Virus record (IMG/VR): IMGVR_UViG_3300048016_000072 | Location: 3,256-67,255 of that record | Length of the DNA: 64,000 nt | From: a virus | Lineage: Duplodnaviria; Caudoviricetes | Strand: one strand, 5' to 3' | Shown: one piece after another, positions 21,401 to 31,600 of the stretch | Numbering within the stretch: position 1 is the first letter of the stretch | Layout: every line of letters begins with the position of its first letter | The notes under the pieces: model-generated | What the model saw: the letters and a program-made list of their open reading frames with translations, nothing else | Told to the model about the DNA's origin: nothing | Databases searched by the model: none | Translations under genes and position numbers: made by a program

Positions 21401-22589
21401 AGCTTATAAAAAGAAAGGCGGTCTAGTAAAAGCACAAGTTGGTAAACAAAACCCATTCTTTCCTAATCTTAATCCAGCTCAAGAAGCAGCTGATGCTCAA
21501 GCTCAATTACCAGCTGATACAAATCCATTTGGTATATATGATGCAGTATCTCAAGAAGGTGCAGGTATTGCAGGTCAGATGAAGAGTAATATATTAAAAC
21601 AGAATACAACAGCTACTGCTACTACTAATCAAAAGAAAGAACAGAAGTCAAATCCTATGCTTAATCCTTTCTTTGCACTTAACACATTTATTGGTGGAGC
21701 TAATCTTAATGCACAAGCAAAAAGAGAAGAAGCAAACCGTCAGATGTTACGTTCTCAGAATGCTACATGGAATCAACAGTATGATTCAATGATGAATCGT
21801 GGAGATTACTCTCAAGGACCAAGCTCATATGGTTTATATAAACCAGATCAAATGAGTGTTCCTGGATTCTTTGCTGATGGTGGTTTAACAAGTCTTGATG
21901 TTGCTTTAGGTATGGCACCAACAATGGTTCCTAATCTTACTCCAGATTTAAACTATGCTGCTTTTGATATGCCGGCAACAAAAATACCTGAAGCTGCAGC
22001 ACCTGAATCATATAGTGTAGCACCTACTACTGATGTTGCTGGTTTAGAATTAGATCCAGATAAGATGCTTGAAGCTATTGCTGGTACAGAATCTGGTTCA
22101 AAGAAAGGACAATCAAAAGTTGGTATGCGTACTAAACTTATTGGAGATGGTGGTAAAAGAGCTAGTGCTTCAGGTACATTCCAAATCACTGACGGTACTC
22201 TTAAGCAGATTTACAAGAAAGATCAGTTTAATGATGCCTTCCCAACGTTTAATGCGTTTAAAGCAGCCTTTGATAAAGATCCACAGGTTGAATATCAAGC
22301 TGCTAGATCACTTGCTGTTGATCATATTAAGAACTATGGTGTTTATGCATTAGGTGCATGGTACTATCCTGACTTTGCTTCAAGAGCAGCAAAAGGAGAT
22401 ATGACCGTAATGAATCAGATACCAAGAGCAGACTATGGTAATAAAATGACATGGGGTCAAAACTTTAACAAGAATCTAAGCAGTTATAAGAAAGCACTTG
22501 GTAAATCACAGTTTGGTGGTGAGATGGAACTTACTATGGAAGAGATACAGCAGATTAAAGCAATGGGTGGTAAAGTAGAGTTCTGTTAA
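18459..22589 (+). CDS. Modular virion cargo protein: GG-delimited cassettes including a Zn-ribbon, NCLDV-like small domains, a Cys-His amidase-like domain and an SLT domain
   Basis: About 13 Phi-x-x-GG motifs. CSSC/CHKC, RWFAEKWVDV, YPSAYANGW, YFGD..DPERKAAFYARH, C..HIG, AIAGTESG..SASGTFQ. Confidence 0.75.
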   Translation: MSFNRSLLSQITKDLNKKPSKPKVPKNQWQHPGEITTIPSNNITMDAVSYPVLGVPNVGQAQMMYPNQDYLFPDADNVTEYPMMQNGGLLSRSVTCSSCGHSWKAVDGGSDPMTCHKCGGSVKMKSGGQHGGLDRWFAEKWVDVKSGKPCGRQEGESRAGYPACRPSKRVSSDTPKTASELSPAEREKFKRSKTSSERINYQHRRKQYGGDTMDYNYDYPTDFESYQEALTMAKGGNVPTNPALWSRAKSAARAKYDVYPSAYANGWAAKWYKSKGGGWRKGQYGIEVMGQGGTNNPGFQALPDYVQHKILSEMSFGGYMPEFGGGGYTVSRSSDRKGKTHKVTGPDGTVKYFGDSKLGQHPKDPERKAAFYARHKKNLDGNPYFRAFARATWQTGGESNIDPDASFLDSAKKALSFASDILSIPARAVVKGLTGKYQDPSEALGVKNPIGAFAINAIADPVNLISAGTAGILAKTLKKTGKAAKVLDVADRVANATTLQKQVPVSKIPVPGNISHYGASSNDVINALTERGTILDQRGAFKKPLHQDDIEYFGTYGGRPIVGVNTVNGPEYFYKSTSWGGKKEINPGDWQAFGQWMDVPTVDNWFVKGKGFENLYGSQSFKNIANQMDDVIIQKYGVPKQDLNKFLNFQNVQGQVNTFTPSRGYKEGGQTRNEREMVNGIADILAQVRDPQNRAEIAKQMMSDFRRDDVAYNQQRFLEMSELKYGGMQKYQTAGQVIKPKKGYIDLSEYGYNALDAEGIAKAEELNKMYPGSKFVCTAKGCADIARQIGDAKGYDFGRNNAWGYRGNIPELYTSPGYQTELDAGKPLHDPRNYAFPEEVKQLSGVLVGLNRKDNFDGKMAKTTAEANDSRDYANRMLYAGNNAGHEHIGYFGDGMMYHGTASSKDHPAFYVIDNPEDGIALPGISKYNVVNAMGEPGLMDRAASTFNSVTGSVADAFNDFKAKFIKQQGGTAYNEMVQRLAYKKKGGLVKAQVGKQNPFFPNLNPAQEAADAQAQLPADTNPFGIYDAVSQEGAGIAGQMKSNILKQNTTATATTNQKKEQKSNPMLNPFFALNTFIGGANLNAQAKREEANRQMLRSQNATWNQQYDSMMNRGDYSQGPSSYGLYKPDQMSVPGFFADGGLTSLDVALGMAPTMVPNLTPDLNYAAFDMPATKIPEAAAPESYSVAPTTDVAGLELDPDKMLEAIAGTESGSKKGQSKVGMRTKLIGDGGKRASASGTFQITDGTLKQIYKKDQFNDAFPTFNAFKAAFDKDPQVEYQAARSLAVDHIKNYGVYALGAWYYPDFASRAAKGDMTVMNQIPRADYGNKMTWGQNFNKNLSSYKKALGKSQFGGEMELTMEEIQQIKAMGGKVEFC

Positions 22590-22597
22590 ACCCTTGA

Positions 22598-22643
22598 AGT
22601 TTAGCTTGTTAAACTAGCAATATTTTAGTAAATTATAGAGTAG
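22598..22643 (+). promoter_or_regulatory. Inverted repeat (AGTTTA/TAAACT) plus late-promoter-like motif
   Basis: Homologous to the 25549-25597 intergenic region. Confidence 0.55.
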
Positions 22644-22656
22644 ATACTATATTATT

Positions 22657-25542
22657 ATGAAGAAGTATAAAGTAAGAGTTACACTTAATCAACCTAACCA
22701 GTATCAAACTGGTGGTCAGCCAATGTTTACTCAAGAAGAGTTATTGGCTCAGGCAACAGGTATTGAATCAGCATATCCAAAAGCAGCAACTAATGTTTCT
22801 GTTTATGATTATTTAGCGGCTCATGGTCAAGCAGCTAATGCTGATTATCAATCTCGCAAGAAGATAGCTCAGAACCTTGGTATTAAAAACTATAAAGGTA
22901 CTGCAGAGCAAAATCTTCAGATGCTTGAGATGCTTAAAAAGCAACAAGATTTATCTTCTTTATTAAAAGAACAAGCAGCTCCTCAATCTACAAATAAGAG
23001 ATCTACATTACCAACAGCGACAGATCCATCTTGGAATACGCCAATGCCTTCTCCTGCTAGTGGTATGAGATATATACCTCAGCCTTTTGGAGCTACTGGT
23101 AATATTGCACCTGCTACTAACAATGATGATAGCTGGGGTAAAGCACCAGTGAAAAAAAACAAACGTTCTACTTTACCTGTAGCACCTGATAACTCTTGGG
23201 AAGATCAAGGACCTCTTCCTGCAAGCGGTATTAGATATATCCCACAACCTTTTGTTGGTGCTGCAAACTATGGAGATGGTTGGGATGATGCTCCAACTGT
23301 TTGGGAATCTATAATCCAAGGTCCTGTATTCTATCCAAACTTGCCTGCAAAAAAAGGTAAGAAGCAAACACCTGTAGTCACTAATATACCAAACTGGACT
23401 CGTAACAGAATCCCTGGTGATCAGATGGGTGATGGTTGGGATTCAAAGCGTCCTTTCTATATGCCACAAAATATGATTGGTAGAGAAGAAGGTGGTGAGA
23501 TGATGGCTTACGGTGGTCAATATGGTCATAGTTTAGACCTTGGTTCTCGTATTATTGATAACGAGATGGGTCAACCAGATCCATATGCTGTTAAGGATAC
23601 ATTACAAGCTGTACCAAGAGATATGGCTAATCTAGAAGCTGAGCGTGGTGAAACTGCCTATGGTGACTTAGATAATGATGGTGAGATGGAGCATTCAAAG
23701 ATTGGCGGTAAGCGTCACTCTCAAGGTGGTACTCCGTTAAACTTGCAGCCAGGTACATTCATCTATTCTGATACAAAAAGCATGAAGTTAAAAGGTCAAG
23801 CTTTAGCTCAGTTTGGTAAATCTGTTGGTTCAAGCAAAGGATATACTCCTGCTGATTTAGCTAAACAGTATGAAATAAACAAATATAAAGCTATCTTAGC
23901 AGATCCAAATGCAGATCAGTATCAGAAACGTACTGCTGAGATGATGATGAACAACAACAAGTTAAAACTTGCCCAGTTAGCGTTAGCTCAAGAAGCAAAG
24001 AAAGGATTCCCTCAAGGTATCCCTCAAGCTGCTATGATGGCTTTACCTCCAGAGATTGCAGAACAGTTACAAGGAATGCAAGAGCCTCAAGGTATGGAGC
24101 AATCACCAGAAGCTATGGAATACCAAAAGCGTGGTGGTTCAACATTCTCAGGTAATGCATGGTATCAAGAAGGTGGTATTAATAACCCAGGCTTCAAAGC
24201 TTTACCAGATTACGTTCAAGAAAAGATTACATCTAATATGGCATATGGCGGCCTTATTGATTATCAAAAACGTGGTGAAGTAAAAGGATTCCAATCTTGG
24301 CCTGGTGATAAGTATTCTGGTGTAAAGAATGCATCTAAGTTTCCAAGTAATTCATGGGATCAGTATGCTGCATCTATTGGATACAATGGACCTTCTGGTG
24401 ATAATCTTGCTTTACAAAAGTTTATTATGCAAGATCCAGCAAGAGCAGCAAGAATCAACGAGTTACATAAACAGTATGGACAACCAACTGGAGGTATGTT
24501 TGATTCTAAACTTGGATATCGTTGGGATCAGTTTAAAAACGAAGAGTTGAAAAAACAAAACGTTAACCCTTACTTTCCTACTGAAATAGATCCTAACGAG
24601 CAGTTTCAGTTACCTGATGAGTCACAAAGTACTATACCACAAGGTTATGTAACAGATGAGGAGTATAAAGCTCCAGTAAAAGCTGCAACTCCACAACAAC
24701 AAGCTGTAGCACAAAAAGCAAAACCGGCAAAAGATCAGTTTTCTTACATGACTCCTGATAAGTTAGCAATGCTACAATCTTTATTTACAAGAGCTGGTGT
24801 TCCAACAATGACTCCATTTGTTCAAGCTCCAGATTATGTAAAACAAGAAGCTGCATTTGCTGATCCTACAAGACAGTATGCTGCAGTTGCTGAACAAGCT
24901 AACATGCAGAATCAAGGACTACGTACATTTGGTAGACCACAAGCTAATCTTGCAGGTGCTAGTCAAATAGCAGGTAAGCAACTAGAAGCTATATCAAACA
25001 TCGGAGCTGCAACAAATATGCAAAACGTTGGCATTGCTAATCAAGTTAATGCTACAAACACTGCACTTGAAAATCAAAACTTAGCACAAAGAGCACAAGC
25101 TGCTAATATGTTAGGCGAGATGGTTAATAAGTATAACTTAGAGAACTTCTCAATGAGAGATGCTGCTGATAAGCAAACATTAGCTGCATATCAGAATGCA
25201 TTTATGAATAGATCAATGCTTGATATGGTTAACAAATCTAATCCGTACTATGCAATGGATCCTATTACTGGTAGAGCGACGTTTAAAGGTGGTAAGAATC
25301 CTTTTAACTCAACAACTGGTAGTTCTGCTGCAGGTATGAATACATATCCTGATTTGTTAGCTTATGCAACTAAAACATTAGGCATGCCACAAGCAATGGC
25401 TGAGAAGTGGGCAGAATCACAACTCTCTGGTAAATCAACTAGAACTACAACAGATAGTAACTATGATGGGTATCCAGATAAGCAAGTAGCAAGTATGATG
25501 GGTGCTGTTAATCCATTCTTAGCAATGTTCGGGCAACGTTAA
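22657..25542 (+). CDS. Virion cargo protein with DUF3597-like domain, conserved GKRHSQGG domain and GG-delimited cassettes
   Basis: SVYDYL..SRKKIAQNLGIKNYKGTAEQN, ANLEAERGE..GKRHSQGGTP..FIYSD, and a Q/A/N-rich C-terminus. Confidence 0.7.
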   Translation: MKKYKVRVTLNQPNQYQTGGQPMFTQEELLAQATGIESAYPKAATNVSVYDYLAAHGQAANADYQSRKKIAQNLGIKNYKGTAEQNLQMLEMLKKQQDLSSLLKEQAAPQSTNKRSTLPTATDPSWNTPMPSPASGMRYIPQPFGATGNIAPATNNDDSWGKAPVKKNKRSTLPVAPDNSWEDQGPLPASGIRYIPQPFVGAANYGDGWDDAPTVWESIIQGPVFYPNLPAKKGKKQTPVVTNIPNWTRNRIPGDQMGDGWDSKRPFYMPQNMIGREEGGEMMAYGGQYGHSLDLGSRIIDNEMGQPDPYAVKDTLQAVPRDMANLEAERGETAYGDLDNDGEMEHSKIGGKRHSQGGTPLNLQPGTFIYSDTKSMKLKGQALAQFGKSVGSSKGYTPADLAKQYEINKYKAILADPNADQYQKRTAEMMMNNNKLKLAQLALAQEAKKGFPQGIPQAAMMALPPEIAEQLQGMQEPQGMEQSPEAMEYQKRGGSTFSGNAWYQEGGINNPGFKALPDYVQEKITSNMAYGGLIDYQKRGEVKGFQSWPGDKYSGVKNASKFPSNSWDQYAASIGYNGPSGDNLALQKFIMQDPARAARINELHKQYGQPTGGMFDSKLGYRWDQFKNEELKKQNVNPYFPTEIDPNEQFQLPDESQSTIPQGYVTDEEYKAPVKAATPQQQAVAQKAKPAKDQFSYMTPDKLAMLQSLFTRAGVPTMTPFVQAPDYVKQEAAFADPTRQYAAVAEQANMQNQGLRTFGRPQANLAGASQIAGKQLEAISNIGAATNMQNVGIANQVNATNTALENQNLAQRAQAANMLGEMVNKYNLENFSMRDAADKQTLAAYQNAFMNRSMLDMVNKSNPYYAMDPITGRATFKGGKNPFNSTTGSSAAGMNTYPDLLAYATKTLGMPQAMAEKWAESQLSGKSTRTTTDSNYDGYPDKQVASMMGAVNPFLAMFGQR
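22993..23265 (+). repeat. Intragenic repeat NKRSTLP..SW..PASG.RYIPQPF (two copies)
   Basis: Visible in the translation. Confidence 0.85.
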
Positions 25543-25548
25543 ACCCAA

Positions 25549-25597
25549 TAAGTTTAAGTTTAAACTTAACATATTTTTGTGTATATTATTAATGTAC
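25549..25597 (+). promoter_or_regulatory. Perfect inverted repeat TAAGTTTA/TAAACTTA plus late-promoter-like motif
   Basis: TAAGTTTAagttTAAACTTA-acatatttttgt-GTATATTAT-taat-GTAC. Confidence 0.55.
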
Positions 25598-25598
25598 T

Positions 25599-28500
25599 AT
25601 GGCATCAGTAAATCCATATCCTTCAGGGAATAACGCAATAGCTCCTCTTCCTTTATTTACTCCAGACTTTGGAGCAATAGGCACGTTGTTACAACGGAGG
25701 TCAGCTATGTATGAGCAAGGCTTTAATCAAATAAAAGCTGCAAACGATTCTATTGTCAATGCTCCATTAACTAATCAGAATAACGAAGTCTTAAGAACTC
25801 AATACTTACAGCAAGCACAGCAAAGTCTTAAAGATATATCTAGTATGGATTTATCTGAAGGAAAGAATGTTGATCAAGCTCAGTCTGTATTTGCACCTTT
25901 CTGGCAAGATAAGTTTATGTTAAGAGACATGGCTTATACTAAACAAGCTCAGTCTGAAATAAGTAAAGCATTTGCAGCAAGAGATTCAACAGACGAAAAG
26001 ATTAGAGCTACATATAGTGATACTGCTATTCAGTATATTCAGAATGGTTTAGATCCTTTACGTACAGCAAATAGATCAGAAGAGGACTTTGCTAAAGTAC
26101 AACAACGTCGATTCATTAGATCTCAGAATATTATGGGAGATATTGAAAAGCTACGTAAAGATGCTGGGTTTGAAGTACAAACAGTTGATGCATCTGGGCC
26201 ACAGATAGTAACTACTACAAATGGTGTTAAGTCTTTAACATCTTATAAGAACTTTATTCAAGCTAACTGGAAACCAGAGTATGATGATTATCTACGAATG
26301 GAGATGACGGTTGCTCATGAGCGTTCTGTAAAAGAGAAGATGGGTCAGTTTGGGGTATCTGAGATGGAAGCAAAACAGATGATTGGTAAAGATTATCTTG
26401 CAGATACAAGAAAGACTTATGAGAGCGGTAAAGTAGAACTTACAGCAAACATTGCTGGTATTGATTCACAGTTAGAAGAACTTAAGAAGACTAAAGTAAC
26501 TGCTAATAATTCTACAGCTTTAATGCAGAAGTATAGAGAACTAGAAGAAGCTAAAAAACAGTATGGTAAACAGATCTCTGATTATGATGAGCGTTTAACT
26601 GATATTGATAAAAACTACGAGTCTAATCTTAGAGGTGTTACAGCAAACGGTCCTGTTTATTTTACCCAGTATGGTAAGATGAAGAAGATGAACGATATTG
26701 CAAACGCATTAGCTTCTGCCATTAAACAAGATGTTAAGAAGAATGATGCCTTTTTTGCAACTGATGATTTAAGAGTAAAGCTTGAAGATCTTGATCTTAA
26801 GAAAGCACAGTTTGAGTTTACAAAAGCTGTTGCAAGAGGAGAATATCCTTTTAGTGGGACAGGTAAAGCTATTCTTGGTGTTGGTCCTGACGGTAGTCCA
26901 CAGATTAGTTTCGGTGGAGGCGGTAATGATGGTGTTTTAAACGGTCAAGATACTACTCCAGAAGGAAAAGGAAAGACTCAGTTTGATACTCCAATGGTTA
27001 CAGGTATCAACACTCAAGCTCAGATTACAAAAGCTAATGCATATGAAGTATATGTTGACAATGTTACAAAGCAACGTTACTCAGCATATAACAATATCTT
27101 TAGTGCTATAGAGAAAGACGCAGATTTACAAGGTATATTACCTACTGATTTTGTTAAGTCATTACGTGCAGCTGATGGCATTACTCCTGCTTCTGCAAAA
27201 ACTAAATACAAAGATGAGATTTTTACAAAGCTAAAAGAAAAAGGTATTATACCTGCTGATGCTAAGTATGACTATGCTTCTGGACCAACTCGTGTGGTTA
27301 ACGCAATTACGTCTTGGATGTATAATAAGTATAGTGAGAAGTACAAGAGTGGTAAAGCCACTGATAATGAACTTGCTATATATAATGAGTTAGAGCAATC
27401 AAGAGATGCTATAAATGAATGGGGCTTACAGAGTAAAGAGCAAAAAGATTTAGTTAATAAAGCTCTTGCTAATGATAAGTATGCTCCTATTAGAACAGGA
27501 ACTCCTGGTAATTATAAAGTATTAGATCCTTCCACACTTACATCTATTGCAAGTAAAAAATATAGTATTAGTTCTAAGGACATATCAACTAAAGATCTAG
27601 TATCTATGCTATATTCAGGTGATGGTGTTGTTAAATATGATATACCATGGTCTGATAAAGCAGGAAACTATCATTCTGGAAGACAGTATGTAGTATCAAA
27701 AAGTACTGGTGAAGAGTATAATGTTAGCGGTTATATTTCGAAGTTTAAAGATGATTATGACTTTGCAAAACTAGCTCCCTTGTATAAATCTGTTCAGTCT
27801 GAGATTGTACCAAACGCTAAGTACTACATTGATAGAATGGGTAGAGCTGGTATGGTTACTACTTATACTTCAGATGGTAAGCGTGATACTTTAGATAAGG
27901 GGCAGTTATTAGTTACTGAAGCTTTAGCAGGTAGTAACTTTGAACAAGCTGATGGTAACGGTGGTGTTGCTAATATTGATGCGTTAGAGCAGTTAGGTGC
28001 TGATAGAGAGAAAGTTATTACTTTCTTTAATACAACTGCAAGAGATGGTGGTAATGCATTAGGTCGTGTTGATTATACAACAATAGGTAAGAACGGTAAT
28101 CCTTCTGTAATCATTGGTTATAAGCAAGAGCTTTTAAAAGAAGAGAGTAAGTCAGGTAGTGGTATATTAGATGAAAAGTCGATTGCTGCTATTGGTCGTT
28201 TAGGTATTGAAGTAAATCTTTCTAATGGTATTAAGTTAAAGAATGCACCATCTGTTCAAGAAGCTGGTTATATCTCAAAGGTTCTTACTCAAGGTGAGAT
28301 TCTAAAGAGCAATCAAATGGATGAAGCTGCTGGCTTTAGATATATGATAAAACAGAACTCAAGAGGAGATGGTTTAGTTATTAAGATAGATAAGAAAGTA
28401 TTAAGTCAAGCAACAGGTCCTGACAGTAAACCTATAATTGCTGGTGAAAACGATTTTGTTGAAGGTACTTTACAAGAGATACCATATAACCAAATGGCTC

Positions 28501-28631
28501 CAGAAGAACTATATCAAAAAATACAACAGTTAAAGATGCAGACTTATAAGCAACTAAGAGATTTTAGAACTGCTGCTGTACCAAAAGAACAAAGTAATGT
28601 TACATTAGGAGATTTATTAAATAACCAGTAA
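25599..28631 (+). CDS. Virion cargo/ejection protein
   Basis: 1010 aa, helical, N-terminal FTPDF motif, located in the cargo block. Confidence 0.65.
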   Translation: MASVNPYPSGNNAIAPLPLFTPDFGAIGTLLQRRSAMYEQGFNQIKAANDSIVNAPLTNQNNEVLRTQYLQQAQQSLKDISSMDLSEGKNVDQAQSVFAPFWQDKFMLRDMAYTKQAQSEISKAFAARDSTDEKIRATYSDTAIQYIQNGLDPLRTANRSEEDFAKVQQRRFIRSQNIMGDIEKLRKDAGFEVQTVDASGPQIVTTTNGVKSLTSYKNFIQANWKPEYDDYLRMEMTVAHERSVKEKMGQFGVSEMEAKQMIGKDYLADTRKTYESGKVELTANIAGIDSQLEELKKTKVTANNSTALMQKYRELEEAKKQYGKQISDYDERLTDIDKNYESNLRGVTANGPVYFTQYGKMKKMNDIANALASAIKQDVKKNDAFFATDDLRVKLEDLDLKKAQFEFTKAVARGEYPFSGTGKAILGVGPDGSPQISFGGGGNDGVLNGQDTTPEGKGKTQFDTPMVTGINTQAQITKANAYEVYVDNVTKQRYSAYNNIFSAIEKDADLQGILPTDFVKSLRAADGITPASAKTKYKDEIFTKLKEKGIIPADAKYDYASGPTRVVNAITSWMYNKYSEKYKSGKATDNELAIYNELEQSRDAINEWGLQSKEQKDLVNKALANDKYAPIRTGTPGNYKVLDPSTLTSIASKKYSISSKDISTKDLVSMLYSGDGVVKYDIPWSDKAGNYHSGRQYVVSKSTGEEYNVSGYISKFKDDYDFAKLAPLYKSVQSEIVPNAKYYIDRMGRAGMVTTYTSDGKRDTLDKGQLLVTEALAGSNFEQADGNGGVANIDALEQLGADREKVITFFNTTARDGGNALGRVDYTTIGKNGNPSVIIGYKQELLKEESKSGSGILDEKSIAAIGRLGIEVNLSNGIKLKNAPSVQEAGYISKVLTQGEILKSNQMDEAAGFRYMIKQNSRGDGLVIKIDKKVLSQATGPDSKPIIAGENDFVEGTLQEIPYNQMAPEELYQKIQQLKMQTYKQLRDFRTAAVPKEQSNVTLGDLLNNQ

Positions 28632-28634
28632 TAG

Positions 28635-31600
28635 ATGGAGTCTATATTAAACTCGCTCAATAATAGCCTTGGAGGTCCTGATATTAAAACACCAGACTTA
28701 GAGCCAAAGCTATTAGATTTTATCGATCCTTTTGAGCAACGTGGTCAAGAACAAGCACAACAACTAGTTAGCTCATCTACTGCTGATCCTACCGCTTCTT
28801 TTTTATCAGGAGCATTGGCAGGTGGACCTTCTTTGTCCACTCAAATGCAGCCAATAAACTTTAACCCTGAGCAGACACAGTTAGATAGATATACTAACTC
28901 ATCGTACTCTGCTGAGCTCGGTTTTGATCCTAGAAGAAATAATGAAGAGTTGTATGCGTCAAGACAAACTTGGGGTGATACAATGGGTAATGCTTTTGCA
29001 GGCGCAGGTCGTCTAGCTTCTAATACATTCCTTGAGGGATGGAAGGGTTGGGGAAGACTTGCTGATGCAATGACTTCTTTTGATGCATCAAAGCTACAAC
29101 CAGATGAAACAGAGATGTATCAGATGGCAAAGATACAAGAAGATGTAATGAATAAGTACGCTATTTTTAGAAGTGCTGATTCAGAGAAGTCTGTATTTAA
29201 CAAGCAGTTCTTTGGAGATCTTGTTCAAAACTCAGGTTTTGCAGTTGGTGCTATTGCTCAAGCTTTATCAGAAGAGTTATTAACCTTTGGTGCATCTAGT
29301 TTATTTTCAGCTACAAAGCTTGGAATGCGATTCATGAAAGGAGTTGATAAGCTTCAAGACGTTGAGGAGTTTGCAAGATTAAACAAATCACTTGGAGATA
29401 TCTACAAACAAGAAGGATTAGCAAAGACTATATGGAAAGGTTTCCAGAAGTTTAATCCTATTGGATCTACTACAAACGCTATTGAGAAAGCAGTTGTTGC
29501 TGGTAAGAATGGTGCAGGTGCTGCTCAGATTGCAGCGTTAACCTTTGGTGGATTTAGAAGAACGTTAAGTGAAGCTAACATGGCTCGTTCAGAAGCCATT
29601 TTTGAAGCAGCTGGTACATACAAAGAACTTAAAGATCGTTTAACAGAACAGCATCTTGAAAGAACAGGTGAGCTACCAGTTGGTGAAGACTTAGAACGTA
29701 TTGACAGAGTATCAAAAGATGCATCCTCAGACAACTTCAACGTTAACTTTGGTATGCTATTTGCTCTTAATAGATTCCAGTTTGATAACATGCTTGGTCA
29801 TTTTAATGCTGAGCGTAGATTATTCAAGAACGTTGGACAATATGCTGATGACGTATTAAAGGTATCAGGTAAGGTTGCTGATAAAGAACTGACTAAAGTA
29901 TATCAAGTTGGTTCATTAGGAGCTCTTGGTGCAGCAAAAGAGATTGCTACTGACTTTGGTAAAAAAGAAGCAGCATGGCAAGTAAGTAAGTTTCTTGGAA
30001 AGAACTTATTCAAGTGGGAGACATCAGAAGGTTTACAAGAGTTATTCCAAGAAGGTTCTAACAAAGGTCTTCAGGATTATTACTATGACTTATATCATGG
30101 TAAGAAAGGATACTCTGGTAAGACTGATGCTATCATGAGTAGTGTTCAGAATCCATTAGCAGATACTCAAGGAATGAAGACATTCTTGATGGGTGCTGTT
30201 ACTGGTCGATTATTATCTCCAATCAACTTTACAATGGGCAAAGTACAAGAACGTATGATGACCACTGATAAGCAACGAGAAGAGATAAAGAAAGACAAGA
30301 CGGCTACTGTTGCTGCGATAAACGAGTTCTACAAGAATCCTTATGCTGTATTAAAAGATGAGATAGCAAACTTTAAGGTTCAGAATAAAGTTGCTGCTAC
30401 AATGCAGGAAGCTGTTGGTAATAAAGATAAGTATACTTACTATAACTCAAGAGATACTGCATTTGCAAAAGCTGTTTCAGCTGCAAAGAAAGCAGGGATG
30501 GTTTCTTCTTTGATTGATACTATTAGAGGTCAAGGAGAATCGTTTAGTGTTGAGGATGCAAAAGAAGCATACGGCTTAGATCCAACGGTTGATAGTGCTA
30601 AGTCTGTTAAAGAATACTTTAACAAGATTGCTAATGATGTTGAAACGTTTAACAAAACATGGGAAACGTTAAACGAAAAGTATGGTGATTTAATCCAACC
30701 AGATTTATACTCTGAAGGTAGTCAAGGTCAGAAAGATGCTCAGATGTTAAAGAGTGTTCTTGATGATTATATTGAGATGCTTGCAACAAACTCATTCAAA
30801 GCAAAGTCTGCTATTGAAAGAGCAAATGCTTTATACACAAGAGCTGCTGCTAATCCTAATCTTGGAGGAGCTGCTTCTGCTGCATATAAAGTATTAGGTT
30901 CTCAACCTAAGATGCTTGGTGAGATGGATCTTCTTATAAAAGAGATAGATAACCTTAAGCAAGTAAAGAAACGTACTCCTGAAGAAGCACAAACACTTAA
31001 GTATAAAGAACGTCAGCTACAAGCTATTTCAAAGTGGTTTGACTCGTGGCAGAATCTATCTAATCGCGATGAGACTAACATGTCAAAGCGTGAGCAGCGT
31101 TATGCAAAAGATGCTTATAAGAGGTTTATTAACTACAAGACTGAAGAAGCTGGTTTAAATACTGCTCTTTTATCTAATACAGATATTGATGAGACTTACG
31201 AAGATCTATTAGAGTACATCCAGTTAAATAATGACTCTGAAGAACATCTTAATGCTTATAACTTCCTAGCAGATCCAACAAGTATTGTTACTTTGGCTAA
31301 TCGTATGAAGGCTGCAAAAAAAGTAGTACAAGGGCAGTTAGCAAAAGAAGCAAAGGATGAGGCTACTAAATCATTTACAGACTCATTAACTGGAGCAGTA
31401 GCACCAGAAGATGGAGAAAACATTACTGATCCTGATACGTCTGACTTAACAGAAGATGTTGAAGATGCAGCAAATGCACCAGAAGGTGGAACTATAAATG
31501 TTGAAACTCTTCTTGCAGATCTAAAAGAAGGTTATTTCCAAGTAATTAAGTCCCAACTAGAGATATCTGAAGAAGGCATGGGGGTTATGAATCCTGCTGC

